Shown: piece by piece, positions 10,759 through 19,268 of the stretch | How the letters are laid out: the number at the start of each line of letters is the position of its first letter | Position numbering within the stretch: the stretch's first letter is position 1 | NCBI GenBank assembly: GCA_048882045.1 | Contig: JBHLRZ010000001.1 | Location: 96,001-160,000 of the forward strand | DNA: 64,000 bases | Direction: 5' to 3' | Origin: Candidatus Thorarchaeota archaeon | GTDB lineage: Archaea > Asgardarchaeota > Thorarchaeia > Thorarchaeales > Thorarchaeaceae | Notes under the pieces: generated by a model | Seen by the model: only the letters and a program-made list of their open reading frames with translations | Database searches by the model: none | Told to the model about the DNA's origin: nothing | Program-made: the position numbers and the translations under genes

Positions 10759-10927
10759 TGATTTCTTCTAGATTAGAGTTAATCCAACCGACTGGGCATT
10801 AGAGCCCTTCCTCAGAAACCAGTAGTAACTCAAACAATTAGTTTCTTTTTAACGAGAGCAAGAAAGAATCCTCAAAATCCATCTTCGAATATGATTCCGA
10901 ACCTCTTCAGACTTTGAAATTTAACGG

Positions 10928-10970
10928 AAATAAAAACAAGAGAGCGAAGGGGGCACTAAGCCCACCTTCG
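10928..10970 (-). terminator. Hairpin + T-tract downstream of actin
   Basis: CGAAGG-GGGC/GCCC-A-CCTTCG stem (10945-10970) followed on minus strand by CTCTCTTGTTTTTATTT. Confidence 0.65.
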
Positions 10971-10986
10971 TTGAACTATGTATATA

Positions 10987-12126
10987 CTAGATACAGCGGT
11001 GTATCACTTCGGGTCCTACTTCCTCGAACTCCTTCTTGGACACCCACATCTTCTGGAATGTCTTGAGTGAGCCGAGAATGCTTCCACCAATCCAGACAGA
11101 GTACTGCCTCTCGGGTGGAGCGATGATTCGGACCTCGATGTTCTCTGGGACTAGCTCGGTGATCTCCTTGTGGAGTCTCTCCTTGAGTCCTGGGAACATG
11201 GTTGAACCGCCTGAGAGCACAATGTTGGCGTATAGGTCACGTCTCAGGTCAACGTCACAAGCCTTGATTGACTCGACAATGTGGTCATCGAGTGGCATGG
11301 TGTCTAGACCAATGCCGCTTGGGTTGAAGAACAGCTCGGGTGCCTGGAACCTCTCTGCACCAATTGTGATTACCTCACCATCTGGTAACATGTAGGGCTT
11401 GTCAACACCTGCCTTGTCGGCAACTGTCCTTTCCCTCTCGGGATCAAGAGCAACGTAACATAGCTTCTCTTTGATATCTCTGACAATCTCTTTTTCTGCA
11501 CCGCTTACAAATGAGTAGCCAGCCTGCCTGAGCAGTCTGCGCAGATACTCGGTGATGTCCCTACCAGCAAGGTCAATTCTTCGAATGGCGTGGTTGATTG
11601 AAAAGCCCTCATAGATTGGTACTATGTGGGTAACACCGTCGCCTGAGTCAATGACCAGACCAGTGGTCCTTCCGGATGCGTACAATGAGAGTACGGCCTG
11701 CGTGGCAACGTACACTGCTGGTACACCAAAGTTGTCGAACATGACAGATGCCATGCGCTCTCTGTTTTCTCTAGGGTTGAATGGGGCTTCCGTAAGAAGA
11801 ACTGGATTCTCGCTAGGATCTACCTTCAAGTCGTTGTAGAATGTGTAGCTCCAAATCTTCTCGATAGCGTCCCAGTCTTCCACCTTACCATGAGCGATTG
11901 GGTAGACCAGACGGAGTACACCACGAAGGTTGATTGCCTCTTCACCAATGTAGTAGTCACGTGTATAGTGATCCACGTCGGTCATGATTGACTCGTAACG
12001 TGGGTAACCAATCAGTGTGGGCCAAACGCTGCGTGGCTGATCTTCGCCGGCGTAACCGTTCTTGCTCAAACCTGTACCATTGTCGATGACAATGGGTTTT
12101 GCGCCAAGAAACTCGTCTTCAGCCAT
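10987..12126 (-). CDS. Asgard actin (Lokiactin-type, eukaryote-like actin)
   Basis: 379 aa; [82 protein letters not shown], all hallmarks of eukaryotic actin. Confidence 0.97.
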   Translation of the reverse strand: MAEDEFLGAKPIVIDNGTGLSKNGYAGEDQPRSVWPTLIGYPRYESIMTDVDHYTRDYYIGEEAINLRGVLRLVYPIAHGKVEDWDAIEKIWSYTFYNDLKVDPSENPVLLTEAPFNPRENRERMASVMFDNFGVPAVYVATQAVLSLYASGRTTGLVIDSGDGVTHIVPIYEGFSINHAIRRIDLAGRDITEYLRRLLRQAGYSFVSGAEKEIVRDIKEKLCYVALDPERERTVADKAGVDKPYMLPDGEVITIGAERFQAPELFFNPSGIGLDTMPLDDHIVESIKACDVDLRRDLYANIVLSGGSTMFPGLKERLHKEITELVPENIEVRIIAPPERQYSVWIGGSILGSLKTFQKMWVSKKEFEEVGPEVIHRCI

Positions 12127-12231
12127 TTTCTATCGGTCCTCGTTTGTGATTAGTTCAAAGTCCTTGAGACCTTGTTCTAACATTTTGTTGATGCTTATTC
12201 TATTTAAGGATACGTCCGTCAAACTCGGATT

Positions 12232-12301
12232 TTTTCGAAAAGTATTTGAATTATATATATAATGCCGTGTTTTTGGTCCATTTTTTGAGGTTCTCACGGC
12301 A
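12232..12301. promoter_or_regulatory. Divergent promoter region with palindromes between actin and wHTH-CARF gene
   Basis: TTTTCGAAAA (12232-12241), ATTATATATATAAT (12250-12263), TGCCGTG..CACGGCA inverted repeat (12263-12301). Confidence 0.45.
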
Positions 12302-12372
12302 ATACCTTCGATAAGTATAAAAGGTTAATACTCGTAATTACTAGCTAATACATCCGCGGGTCGTGTCAAAGG

Positions 12373-13146
12373 ATGCTCGGAAGGACCATTGAAGATATAG
12401 TTCGTGAAGAAATCGAAACTGTCAGAGCCAGAAGAACGATTCTTGATCACCTGGAAGGTGGACTGAAGACGGGAGCAGAACTCAGGGAAAAGATTGCTAC
12501 TGACATCAAGGCTCAGATGGTACGGGACGGAGCTAGTAAGCGAGAGATTGCAAAGGTAAATGTGACAAGCCCCAAGCTCTATCATAACACAAGACGCTTG
12601 GAAGAACTTGGAATTATAGTCAGCTGGAAACAGTCTCAATACCGCCTTTTCGAACTAGTTCCCCGGGCAGTACTCCCGGTTCGTAGGGCTCTAAAGATAT
12701 CAAAACCGTTAATGTATGTTACTTCGCTAAGCAACCCTGAAGAACAGCGACCCTTTGTGCAGTGGTTGGCAAACAATCCGCATTTCAACCCAAAAAAGCT
12801 CCTTGTCTTTGTGGAAGCTGTCCACTGGACTCGAGGAGTTTCACGTATACTTGACAGGTTCATTCCCGATGATGCTTTTCGAGTATGGACAACAGAGTGG
12901 GTAGAAGTGCCTGATACTGTAACAGGAACTCGAGAAGCACAAGAATATGGAGACCTCCAAGGGACGTGCGATTTCATTGAGGACACTCTTCTAAAACACT
13001 TGTTCGATTACGATTTTGTATTCGACCTAACCCTGGGACCAACGCTTGTGGCACTCGCTATGGCCAAGTTGGCAACAGAATACTCAATTAATGCATTTCA
13101 TGTTACAAACTATGACGCCAGCGATGCGGAGCTTAGTTACTATTGA
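12373..13146 (+). CDS. Winged-HTH / CARF-like domain transcriptional regulator
   Basis: N-terminal wHTH (SPKLYHNTRRLEELGII); C-terminal Rossmann-like pattern LMYVTSL..KKLLVFV..FVFDLTLGPTLVALAMAKLA..AFHV resembling the CARF/Csa3 DLTxG motif. Confidence 0.65.
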   Translation: MLGRTIEDIVREEIETVRARRTILDHLEGGLKTGAELREKIATDIKAQMVRDGASKREIAKVNVTSPKLYHNTRRLEELGIIVSWKQSQYRLFELVPRAVLPVRRALKISKPLMYVTSLSNPEEQRPFVQWLANNPHFNPKKLLVFVEAVHWTRGVSRILDRFIPDDAFRVWTTEWVEVPDTVTGTREAQEYGDLQGTCDFIEDTLLKHLFDYDFVFDLTLGPTLVALAMAKLATEYSINAFHVTNYDASDAELSYY

Positions 13147-13159
13147 TGGATGTGATGAT

Positions 13160-13855
13160 ATGGTAGATGACTCTGATCTCACGCTTTCTTGGGAGCCCAT
13201 TCAGCTCATGAAACGCATGGATTTGTTAGCTGAAACTGTTGAACAAACACGCATCAACACTTCAAAGAATAACACTCGCCTGCTGAACAAGCTAGAAAAG
13301 TGGAAACAAGATATCACTTACATTCAGGATTCCCTAAAGCGTATCGAGAAGATGCTTGTTCCAAAGTTGGAGAAGATTCTGAAAATAGGTTTCCGAAACA
13401 AAGAGCTGTTCCAAGTAGCTATGTTCCAACCAAGCACGAAGAATTTGTTTTTGGAACTCAAAACACAATATAGACGAACTGATTATGACCCACTAGGGTC
13501 TGATAGATTCGCTGAAATGATAAACCTCAGTGAGATGGCCAAGGTTCTTGCACTGGTTGGTGACGCAGTGATATCGTCTGCAGTCCTCCAACACCTCTGG
13601 GAACCTCATCTTGGGGATGCTGGTAAGATAACTCAGAAGAAAGCGAAAATAGTGAGCAACAATCACATGGCGAAGTTGTGCGACAAGTGGAAATTATACA
13701 ATTATCGAATACACTTTGATCCTGAAACCCCCAGTAAATCAGAGATGGATCATGATAAGGGGACTCTGGTGGAAGCTATCTATGGGATCATATACATTGA
13801 GCATGAGTACAAGATGATACACAAACAGGTATTACATCTCATCAATACTCGGTGA
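13160..13855 (+). CDS. Ribonuclease III-domain protein (Mini-III-like, no dsRBD)
   Basis: LKIGFRNKELFQVAM, LALVGDAVI, IVSN, GTLVEAIYG; ATG 13160 lies 13 bp after the CARF gene stop. Confidence 0.8.
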   Translation: MVDDSDLTLSWEPIQLMKRMDLLAETVEQTRINTSKNNTRLLNKLEKWKQDITYIQDSLKRIEKMLVPKLEKILKIGFRNKELFQVAMFQPSTKNLFLELKTQYRRTDYDPLGSDRFAEMINLSEMAKVLALVGDAVISSAVLQHLWEPHLGDAGKITQKKAKIVSNNHMAKLCDKWKLYNYRIHFDPETPSKSEMDHDKGTLVEAIYGIIYIEHEYKMIHKQVLHLINTR

Positions 13856-15365
13856 GATCATACTGGTCTTCTCTATGTTTCGGCAATGCGGATACAGGGA
13901 ATTCTTTCTCAAACCTTCGGCGAACCTTACCAGCGATTTTTGGATCGGAGTAGATTCTTACAGAGGGTATAGTTTCAGTTTGTTGCCAGAGAAGTTGCAT
14001 CAAAGGTCTGCCCTCTTCGGTGTCATCCAACTCAACTAAATCGAATCCAGCATCTCCGCCAACTAGCAAGGGAATCTTTGCTAGTTTCTTCTTTCCGAAG
14101 GATGGGATGACAACATCAACAATCACGCTACCAGGTTCATCTGACAGGTCTTCTTCTATCGCAATCAGCTTATTGATGTCCTTGGAACTCTCGCGAAACT
14201 TCTTCTCGATTTCTTCATTGAATGATGTGAGTTGTCTTGACAAGACAACCTTGAACAGTCTACGATACCGAATTCGAGCTGCATAGTCCCGAACAAAATC
14301 AATCTCAGAGTTTTCGAGCCATCTGAAGAGATCCCCATCAGTCATCCTTGTAAACATTCCAACACATTCGTTCCGCGAAAGATTTTCTTCACGCATTCTG
14401 AAATAAGTGGCCTTGGAAATCACAGCCTCGGCTAGCTTGACTGCATGATGCAAGTAGAGATCACTAAACATCCAATTTCGACTGATGATCAGCGCTTCCA
14501 GTGAATGAATTGCCTTCAGCATGAAAGCACGGACGTACTTTCCTTCTGAGTTCTTTACTACACGATTGGTGAGTAGAACTCTTTCAGCGGGAAAGATTCC
14601 AAGTTGAACACCACTGAAATGAGCGTCGCGAATCAAATAATCAGTCTTATCAATGTCCAGAGGGTGGTCAAGAAACTCTGAAAGCAAGTCCTTGATAGGA
14701 TTGTTTGATTGTCGTTTGAGGATGTTGACGACATCTTTGGGGTCGATGTCATTTTGAGTCAGTGTGTCTTTGAGGCTACTGTTGAGAATGAGAAATGTAC
14801 CAAGATCAAGATGGTCCAACCCAGCCCATGCATGAAGTGCAAATTCAATGGTGTGAGATGTTGGTGGATGTCCCACATCATGGAGTAGGGCTCCAGCACG
14901 GAATAGTTTCTGGTGATAGTCGTCGAGAAGCTTGGAAAGTGGTTCAAAACACGCTTTGTCAAGGTCGTCACAGTAGTTAACGACGCGAATGGATTTCTGT
15001 GCTAAGAAGTTTGTACCAATACAATGCTCAAACCGTGTGTGAGTGGCTCCTGGATAGACAAGATGAGCAGGACCAAGTTGCCGAACATATCTGAGCCTGA
15101 GCATCTCCCATGTAGAGATGACGTCAAGCTCCCATGGTTCAAACAGAATTGCACCATGAACTGGATCTTGTACAGCTTTTTGTCGAGTATGTCTCTCACC
15201 TATTGAGATCATTCGGTTGTGTTTTTCGATTCTCTTCTGAATCTTCATCCAAGTTTCGTCCTTAGATTCCTTGGCTGAAGTAACTTCAGATTCCCTAAGT
15301 CCTGTGAGACGAATCAATCTAATTATTTCTGTATCAAGATCGTTTTTCAAACTCATCAGTCCCAT
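13842..15365 (-). CDS. HD-domain phosphohydrolase (SAMHD1/dNTPase-like family)
   Basis: QDPVHG, RLRYVRQLG..VYPGATHTRFEHCIG, LLHDVGHPPTSH, DIDKTDYLIRD, YLHH. Confidence 0.9.
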   Translation of the reverse strand: MGLMSLKNDLDTEIIRLIRLTGLRESEVTSAKESKDETWMKIQKRIEKHNRMISIGERHTRQKAVQDPVHGAILFEPWELDVISTWEMLRLRYVRQLGPAHLVYPGATHTRFEHCIGTNFLAQKSIRVVNYCDDLDKACFEPLSKLLDDYHQKLFRAGALLHDVGHPPTSHTIEFALHAWAGLDHLDLGTFLILNSSLKDTLTQNDIDPKDVVNILKRQSNNPIKDLLSEFLDHPLDIDKTDYLIRDAHFSGVQLGIFPAERVLLTNRVVKNSEGKYVRAFMLKAIHSLEALIISRNWMFSDLYLHHAVKLAEAVISKATYFRMREENLSRNECVGMFTRMTDGDLFRWLENSEIDFVRDYAARIRYRRLFKVVLSRQLTSFNEEIEKKFRESSKDINKLIAIEEDLSDEPGSVIVDVVIPSFGKKKLAKIPLLVGGDAGFDLVELDDTEEGRPLMQLLWQQTETIPSVRIYSDPKIAGKVRRRFEKEFPVSALPKHREDQYDLTEY

Positions 15366-15407
15366 GCCTGGGAAGAAAATAGCCTGTATTTAAGACATGA
15401 CGATGTG

Positions 15408-15953
15408 TCAAGTTAGTCTTCGAGACTTTTTGACACGTTCTCTCGCAGACATGTACTCGAGTGTGTTCTCGGTTTCCATAGCATTGCAGTACTCATTTGG
15501 ATTGCAGTAGCCCCAACCTCTCATCCTGTTGCATGATGTCGACCCAATAGCCTTGTAGAATGGAGCGTCGATCAGGTTCGCCTTGGAAAGGTAGGTTGCA
15601 ACTGTCTTTATGCTCTTCTTGGCAAATGCAAGTCTGATACATGGTGGTGCTCTTTGTACAGTTTCCCATTTTATTAACTTGAATAACTGTGACCAGAGCA
15701 AGCATCTCTTTGCTACATACAGAAAATCGCACTTTGGACAGCATGCATGATGAATAGAGAGTTCACAGAGCTCATCACGTATGGGTTTTGTCAATCCAGA
15801 ACCTCTCAGAAGATGGAACTTGATCTGAGTAAATCGTTCAGGAGTAAATGTACCAAATTCTCTAATGAAAGATTTCAGCTCCTCTGTAACAGTACGGGGA
15901 CTCTCTGTCCACTCCTCCTCACTCAAGGAGGGAGGTCTATTCACATCTTTCAT
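15408..15953 (-). CDS. Cys-rich protein resembling the primase large subunit C-terminal Fe-S domain
   Basis: PPCI...SCNRMRGWGYC..EYC...NTLEY matches PriL PPC / SCxxMxxxGxC / C..NPLxY; extra CCPKC. Confidence 0.55.
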   Translation of the reverse strand: MKDVNRPPSLSEEEWTESPRTVTEELKSFIREFGTFTPERFTQIKFHLLRGSGLTKPIRDELCELSIHHACCPKCDFLYVAKRCLLWSQLFKLIKWETVQRAPPCIRLAFAKKSIKTVATYLSKANLIDAPFYKAIGSTSCNRMRGWGYCNPNEYCNAMETENTLEYMSARERVKKSRRLT

Positions 15954-16086
15954 TGCATCATCTCATTCCGCAAACAATGACTTAAGCTCATCAGTGTTCA
16001 AACACAACGCGTGATTAGTATTCTGATGGAACAAGTTTTAATTAGACCCCAAGGTCAGTAATCAATCACCTGAGAGGACCCTCATT

Positions 16087-17100
16087 ATGACCAAGCTTGA
16101 ACTGCTAGCAAAGGTTCCATTCAGAGAAGTAATCACTTCAATCAATCTAGTTGACATGACAGAAGATGGGAGGGCCAATCTAATAGTTTCCACCCAGAAT
16201 GGAGACATTAGAATCTATGAATATATCGAGGGGAAAACCAAGTTGGAAGAGATAGGGTTGTTGAGCGACCTTCCTCCCCTCTCAGCGATAGGAATTGGAG
16301 ATGTTATTGGTAATGGCGTACCAGACTTCGTTGTTGGAGGCGTTGACAACAATCTCAGGGTCATTTCATTCATAGACAAGAAGCTTGATGTGATTGCTAC
16401 AACACCTCTTGGAAGCTTGCCTACTGCAGTTGGTGTCCTAAATGTTCTATCAGATGATAGAGCAGAAGTCATGGTTGCATCATCAGATGGGACACTAAGA
16501 TGTTATGGATGGTTTGACATTGCATTAGACAAACTGGCTCACAAAGTTCTTGAGCGTCCAATTTTCTCGATGCAGCCTCTGATGAGCAAAGGCCTCCCAT
16601 TCAGTCGTTTCGTCTTTGGGGATGATTCAGGACATCTCTTCGTTTACCAATATGCTGATGATAGACTTCATGAGAGAGCAAAGATCAGTGTAGGTGGAGA
16701 GGTCACTCTAGTGGCCTCTGGAGACATGACTCAAGACGGAAATAGTGAAGTCATGACAGTATCAGATGAGAGAAAACTAACTCTCTTGGGAATAGTCAAA
16801 GGAGCAATGGAGAGGTTTGATTCTGTAAAAGCACCCAAGCATGTTACTTCTCTAAAGATTGGCAAGTTTTGGGAAAACGGAAATGGTCAGATTATTGCCA
16901 GTCACGCAAACTCAACCATTACTGTTTTGAGTCTTGTAGGAAATCGTATCATGGAAGATACATCGCTCAAGACAAAAGGAAAGTCAGTAGAGTCTCACAT
17001 CAGCCTTGGAGACATTGTAGGTGATTCCAAGTATGAGATTGTTCAGACAGTCGGAACCGATCTATTTCTCATACGAGTTGTAGAAAAGGATGTGTCTTAG
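16087..17100 (+). CDS. FG-GAP-like beta-propeller protein without signal peptide
   Basis: Repeated D-x-x-x-DG-x-x-E/D-h-h-h units (DMTEDGRANLIV, GDVIGNGVPDFVV, GDMTQDGNSEVM, GDIVGDSKYEIV). Confidence 0.7.
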   Translation: MTKLELLAKVPFREVITSINLVDMTEDGRANLIVSTQNGDIRIYEYIEGKTKLEEIGLLSDLPPLSAIGIGDVIGNGVPDFVVGGVDNNLRVISFIDKKLDVIATTPLGSLPTAVGVLNVLSDDRAEVMVASSDGTLRCYGWFDIALDKLAHKVLERPIFSMQPLMSKGLPFSRFVFGDDSGHLFVYQYADDRLHERAKISVGGEVTLVASGDMTQDGNSEVMTVSDERKLTLLGIVKGAMERFDSVKAPKHVTSLKIGKFWENGNGQIIASHANSTITVLSLVGNRIMEDTSLKTKGKSVESHISLGDIVGDSKYEIVQTVGTDLFLIRVVEKDVS

Positions 17101-17516
17101 GTTAGGTTGGGCATGAACACTTCATTTGGTTGTAAGACCTTGATTGTCTTCACACTAGTGTTTGCCTTAATTTTCGGCACAACATTGTCCTCGACCCAAT
17201 TTTTGACGTTTAAGCGAGCGTCATTGATAGTTTCACCCTCAGCATTCATGTCAAATCTGATGAAGAGATGATAGGGTTCTCTCTCTGTGAAGTCCTTCTT
17301 TATCATGGCCCAGAAAGCCTTAGATCCTGCTGGAACATCTATTCTTCCGAGAATCTCAGACCACGATTTGCCTTCTATTCGTTTTGAAACAATAGCGAGG
17401 TCTTTCAATTCAGGTAATTCCTTTAGTGCTGCTAGCACTTTGTCCCCCGTTTTCTTCGTGTCAGAAATATCGTCGAACTCTGCAATGAGATAGTGATCAG
17501 CTCGGAACTTAGCCAT
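17097..17516 (-). CDS. Hypothetical protein
   Basis: 139-aa ORF with GGAG RBS, globular composition. Confidence 0.65.
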   Translation of the reverse strand: MAKFRADHYLIAEFDDISDTKKTGDKVLAALKELPELKDLAIVSKRIEGKSWSEILGRIDVPAGSKAFWAMIKKDFTEREPYHLFIRFDMNAEGETINDARLNVKNWVEDNVVPKIKANTSVKTIKVLQPNEVFMPNLT

Positions 17517-17572
17517 GTGTTCTTTACTCCATCCTGTGAATCGTAGGCGGCCTGATTGCTTTGACTCTTAAA

Positions 17573-18178
17573 TCATTCCGTTTGCCTCTTGCTGAGCTGA
17601 GCACTGTAGTGATAGAATCTATAGCCAGCTGTTAGCAAACCCATGAGAGTAACAATAATCAGTCCCCAGAGAAGCATGTCGATAACTGAGAAGATCACCA
17701 GGGTGAACAACCTCTCGGATCGACCTCCAACACCGATATCAAGGTCTAAAACACCGAGACTTGTGGCACGTGCTCTTGTATAGCTTGTCAACAGCCAACC
17801 AGTAATTGCTACTAGAACCCATAGAGAGACAGGAAGCCCGAGAAATGTTATGGTGAGATATTCGACAGCTAATGACCCTAAAATCAAACCCTCGGAGATT
17901 TTGTCAATCACAGAGTCTATGAATGCTCCAGAATCGGAAGCAATGTTTAGTTCTCTAGCGACAGTCCCATCAACACCATCAAACAGACCTGAGAGAAATA
18001 CAAGAATACCAAAGAGAAGAGCAGACCCGGTCATATTGAGTCCGATTGCAGCCAAGAAAGCTAATAGCAGACTGACGTAAGTGATCGTGTCAGGACGAAC
18101 GCCTCTACTTGCTAGGGGTTTAGCTATTGCTACTACCAGTCCCTTGAAGATTCGTCTTACTCTGAACCTACTTGGCAT
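17573..18178 (-). CDS. CDP-alcohol phosphatidyltransferase (archaetidylinositol-phosphate synthase-like)
   Basis: DGVDGTVAR..GAFIDSVIDK motif; SYTRARA; GGRSER. Confidence 0.9.
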   Translation of the reverse strand: MPSRFRVRRIFKGLVVAIAKPLASRGVRPDTITYVSLLLAFLAAIGLNMTGSALLFGILVFLSGLFDGVDGTVARELNIASDSGAFIDSVIDKISEGLILGSLAVEYLTITFLGLPVSLWVLVAITGWLLTSYTRARATSLGVLDLDIGVGGRSERLFTLVIFSVIDMLLWGLIIVTLMGLLTAGYRFYHYSAQLSKRQTE

Positions 18179-18184
18179 CTTTCA

Positions 18185-19192
18185 TCAATCCATATAGTAA
18201 TGTATTGATTTGTACACTATTGCCCTTTGTATTCGACTCTGCGCTTGTATCGTTGATTCACCGAGAACAACCGAATCCGAGATGATACAGCGATTCAAGA
18301 GTCTACTATTTGAGTCTAAAGATACATTGGGCCCAATTCTGCACCCCTCATCAACAACACAACCAGGAGATATCAGGACAGGTCCGACAATCTCGGTCCC
18401 TTTATGAAGTGAGATGTTTGATCTCAAAGAGAGGGTATTTCCGACTTCAACAATATCACCGGGCGGTACAAAGATATGATCAGATTCCGTCATTTCTCCC
18501 CTCTCTAGCAATAACCTATCAGCTTTTAGAAGATCAGAAAGTGTGTCTATATCAAGACTTGGACTCCCCACCGGATATGCCATCAGACTACGATCTTCAT
18601 GTGCCCATTCATTCAGGACTGAAACTAATCTTGTTTCGCCAGCGTCAAGGGCCTTCTTACATTCCTTTTTGATTGATGAGTGGCCCATCAACACCATTGC
18701 ACTTTGACTCATAATATCAGTGACGACGACTCCATCTCCTAGTCCTGTTATTAGACCATTTCTGATTGAAACAGGCGTACCATAGTTAGATGTATCATCA
18801 ACTGCAAGCATCATGATATTAGAACGAGTCTGTTCATTGTAACGAGAAACCATTCCTGAGAGAATTGAGGGTTCTATCATTATGTCTACGGGTATAAGAA
18901 GAAAGTCATCGTTGAAGGATTCTGTTGCAGTCACAAAGGTTTGAAGAGGACCAATTTCATAGTCTGTCACTCGGACAACTGATACTCCTTTCTCGGATGA
19001 TAGATGATCTTCAATTTGAGAGCCCTTCCAACCAACTGCAACAACAATCTTGCTACTTCCTGATTCTGAAAGTCTTTTTATTGCCCAATCCACAAGGGTC
19101 TTGCCGCCCACCTTTAGGAGTGCTTTTGGTATGTCGTCTGTAAGCGGACGCATTCTCTCGCCCAGACCAGCTGCAAGAATCACTCCGTGGAT
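18185..19192 (-). CDS. Sugar-phosphate nucleotidyltransferase with C-terminal hexapeptide repeats
   Basis: ILAAGLGERMRPLT..PKALL; left-handed beta-helix-type C-terminus; start uncertain (GTG 19183 or ATC 19192). Confidence 0.85.
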   Translation of the reverse strand: MHGVILAAGLGERMRPLTDDIPKALLKVGGKTLVDWAIKRLSESGSSKIVVAVGWKGSQIEDHLSSEKGVSVVRVTDYEIGPLQTFVTATESFNDDFLLIPVDIMIEPSILSGMVSRYNEQTRSNIMMLAVDDTSNYGTPVSIRNGLITGLGDGVVVTDIMSQSAMVLMGHSSIKKECKKALDAGETRLVSVLNEWAHEDRSLMAYPVGSPSLDIDTLSDLLKADRLLLERGEMTESDHIFVPPGDIVEVGNTLSLRSNISLHKGTEIVGPVLISPGCVVDEGCRIGPNVSLDSNSRLLNRCIISDSVVLGESTIQAQSRIQRAIVYKSIHYYMD

Positions 19193-19268
19193 GCGAATTC
19201 CTCCTCAATAATACTCTTCGAACGCAAGGGACATATGTATGTTTGTAGGGGTACAATTGGGAAATCAA

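Noticed and set aside
10759-10860. Weak stem-loop (GAGTTA..ACTGG..CCAGT..TAACTC) as a possible SECIS element
   Set aside because: No adjacent gene with an in-frame TGA at a Cys position and no convincing SECIS core
10987-12126. Eukaryotic contamination as the source of actin
   Set aside because: No introns, archaeal-type neighbours and operons, and a sequence diverged from conventional actins in the manner of Asgard actins
13046-13159. ORF-track N-terminal extension of the RNase III gene suggesting a frameshifted CARF-RNase fusion
   Set aside because: CARF gene ends at a natural domain boundary, a suitable ATG lies at 13160, and no slippery site is evident
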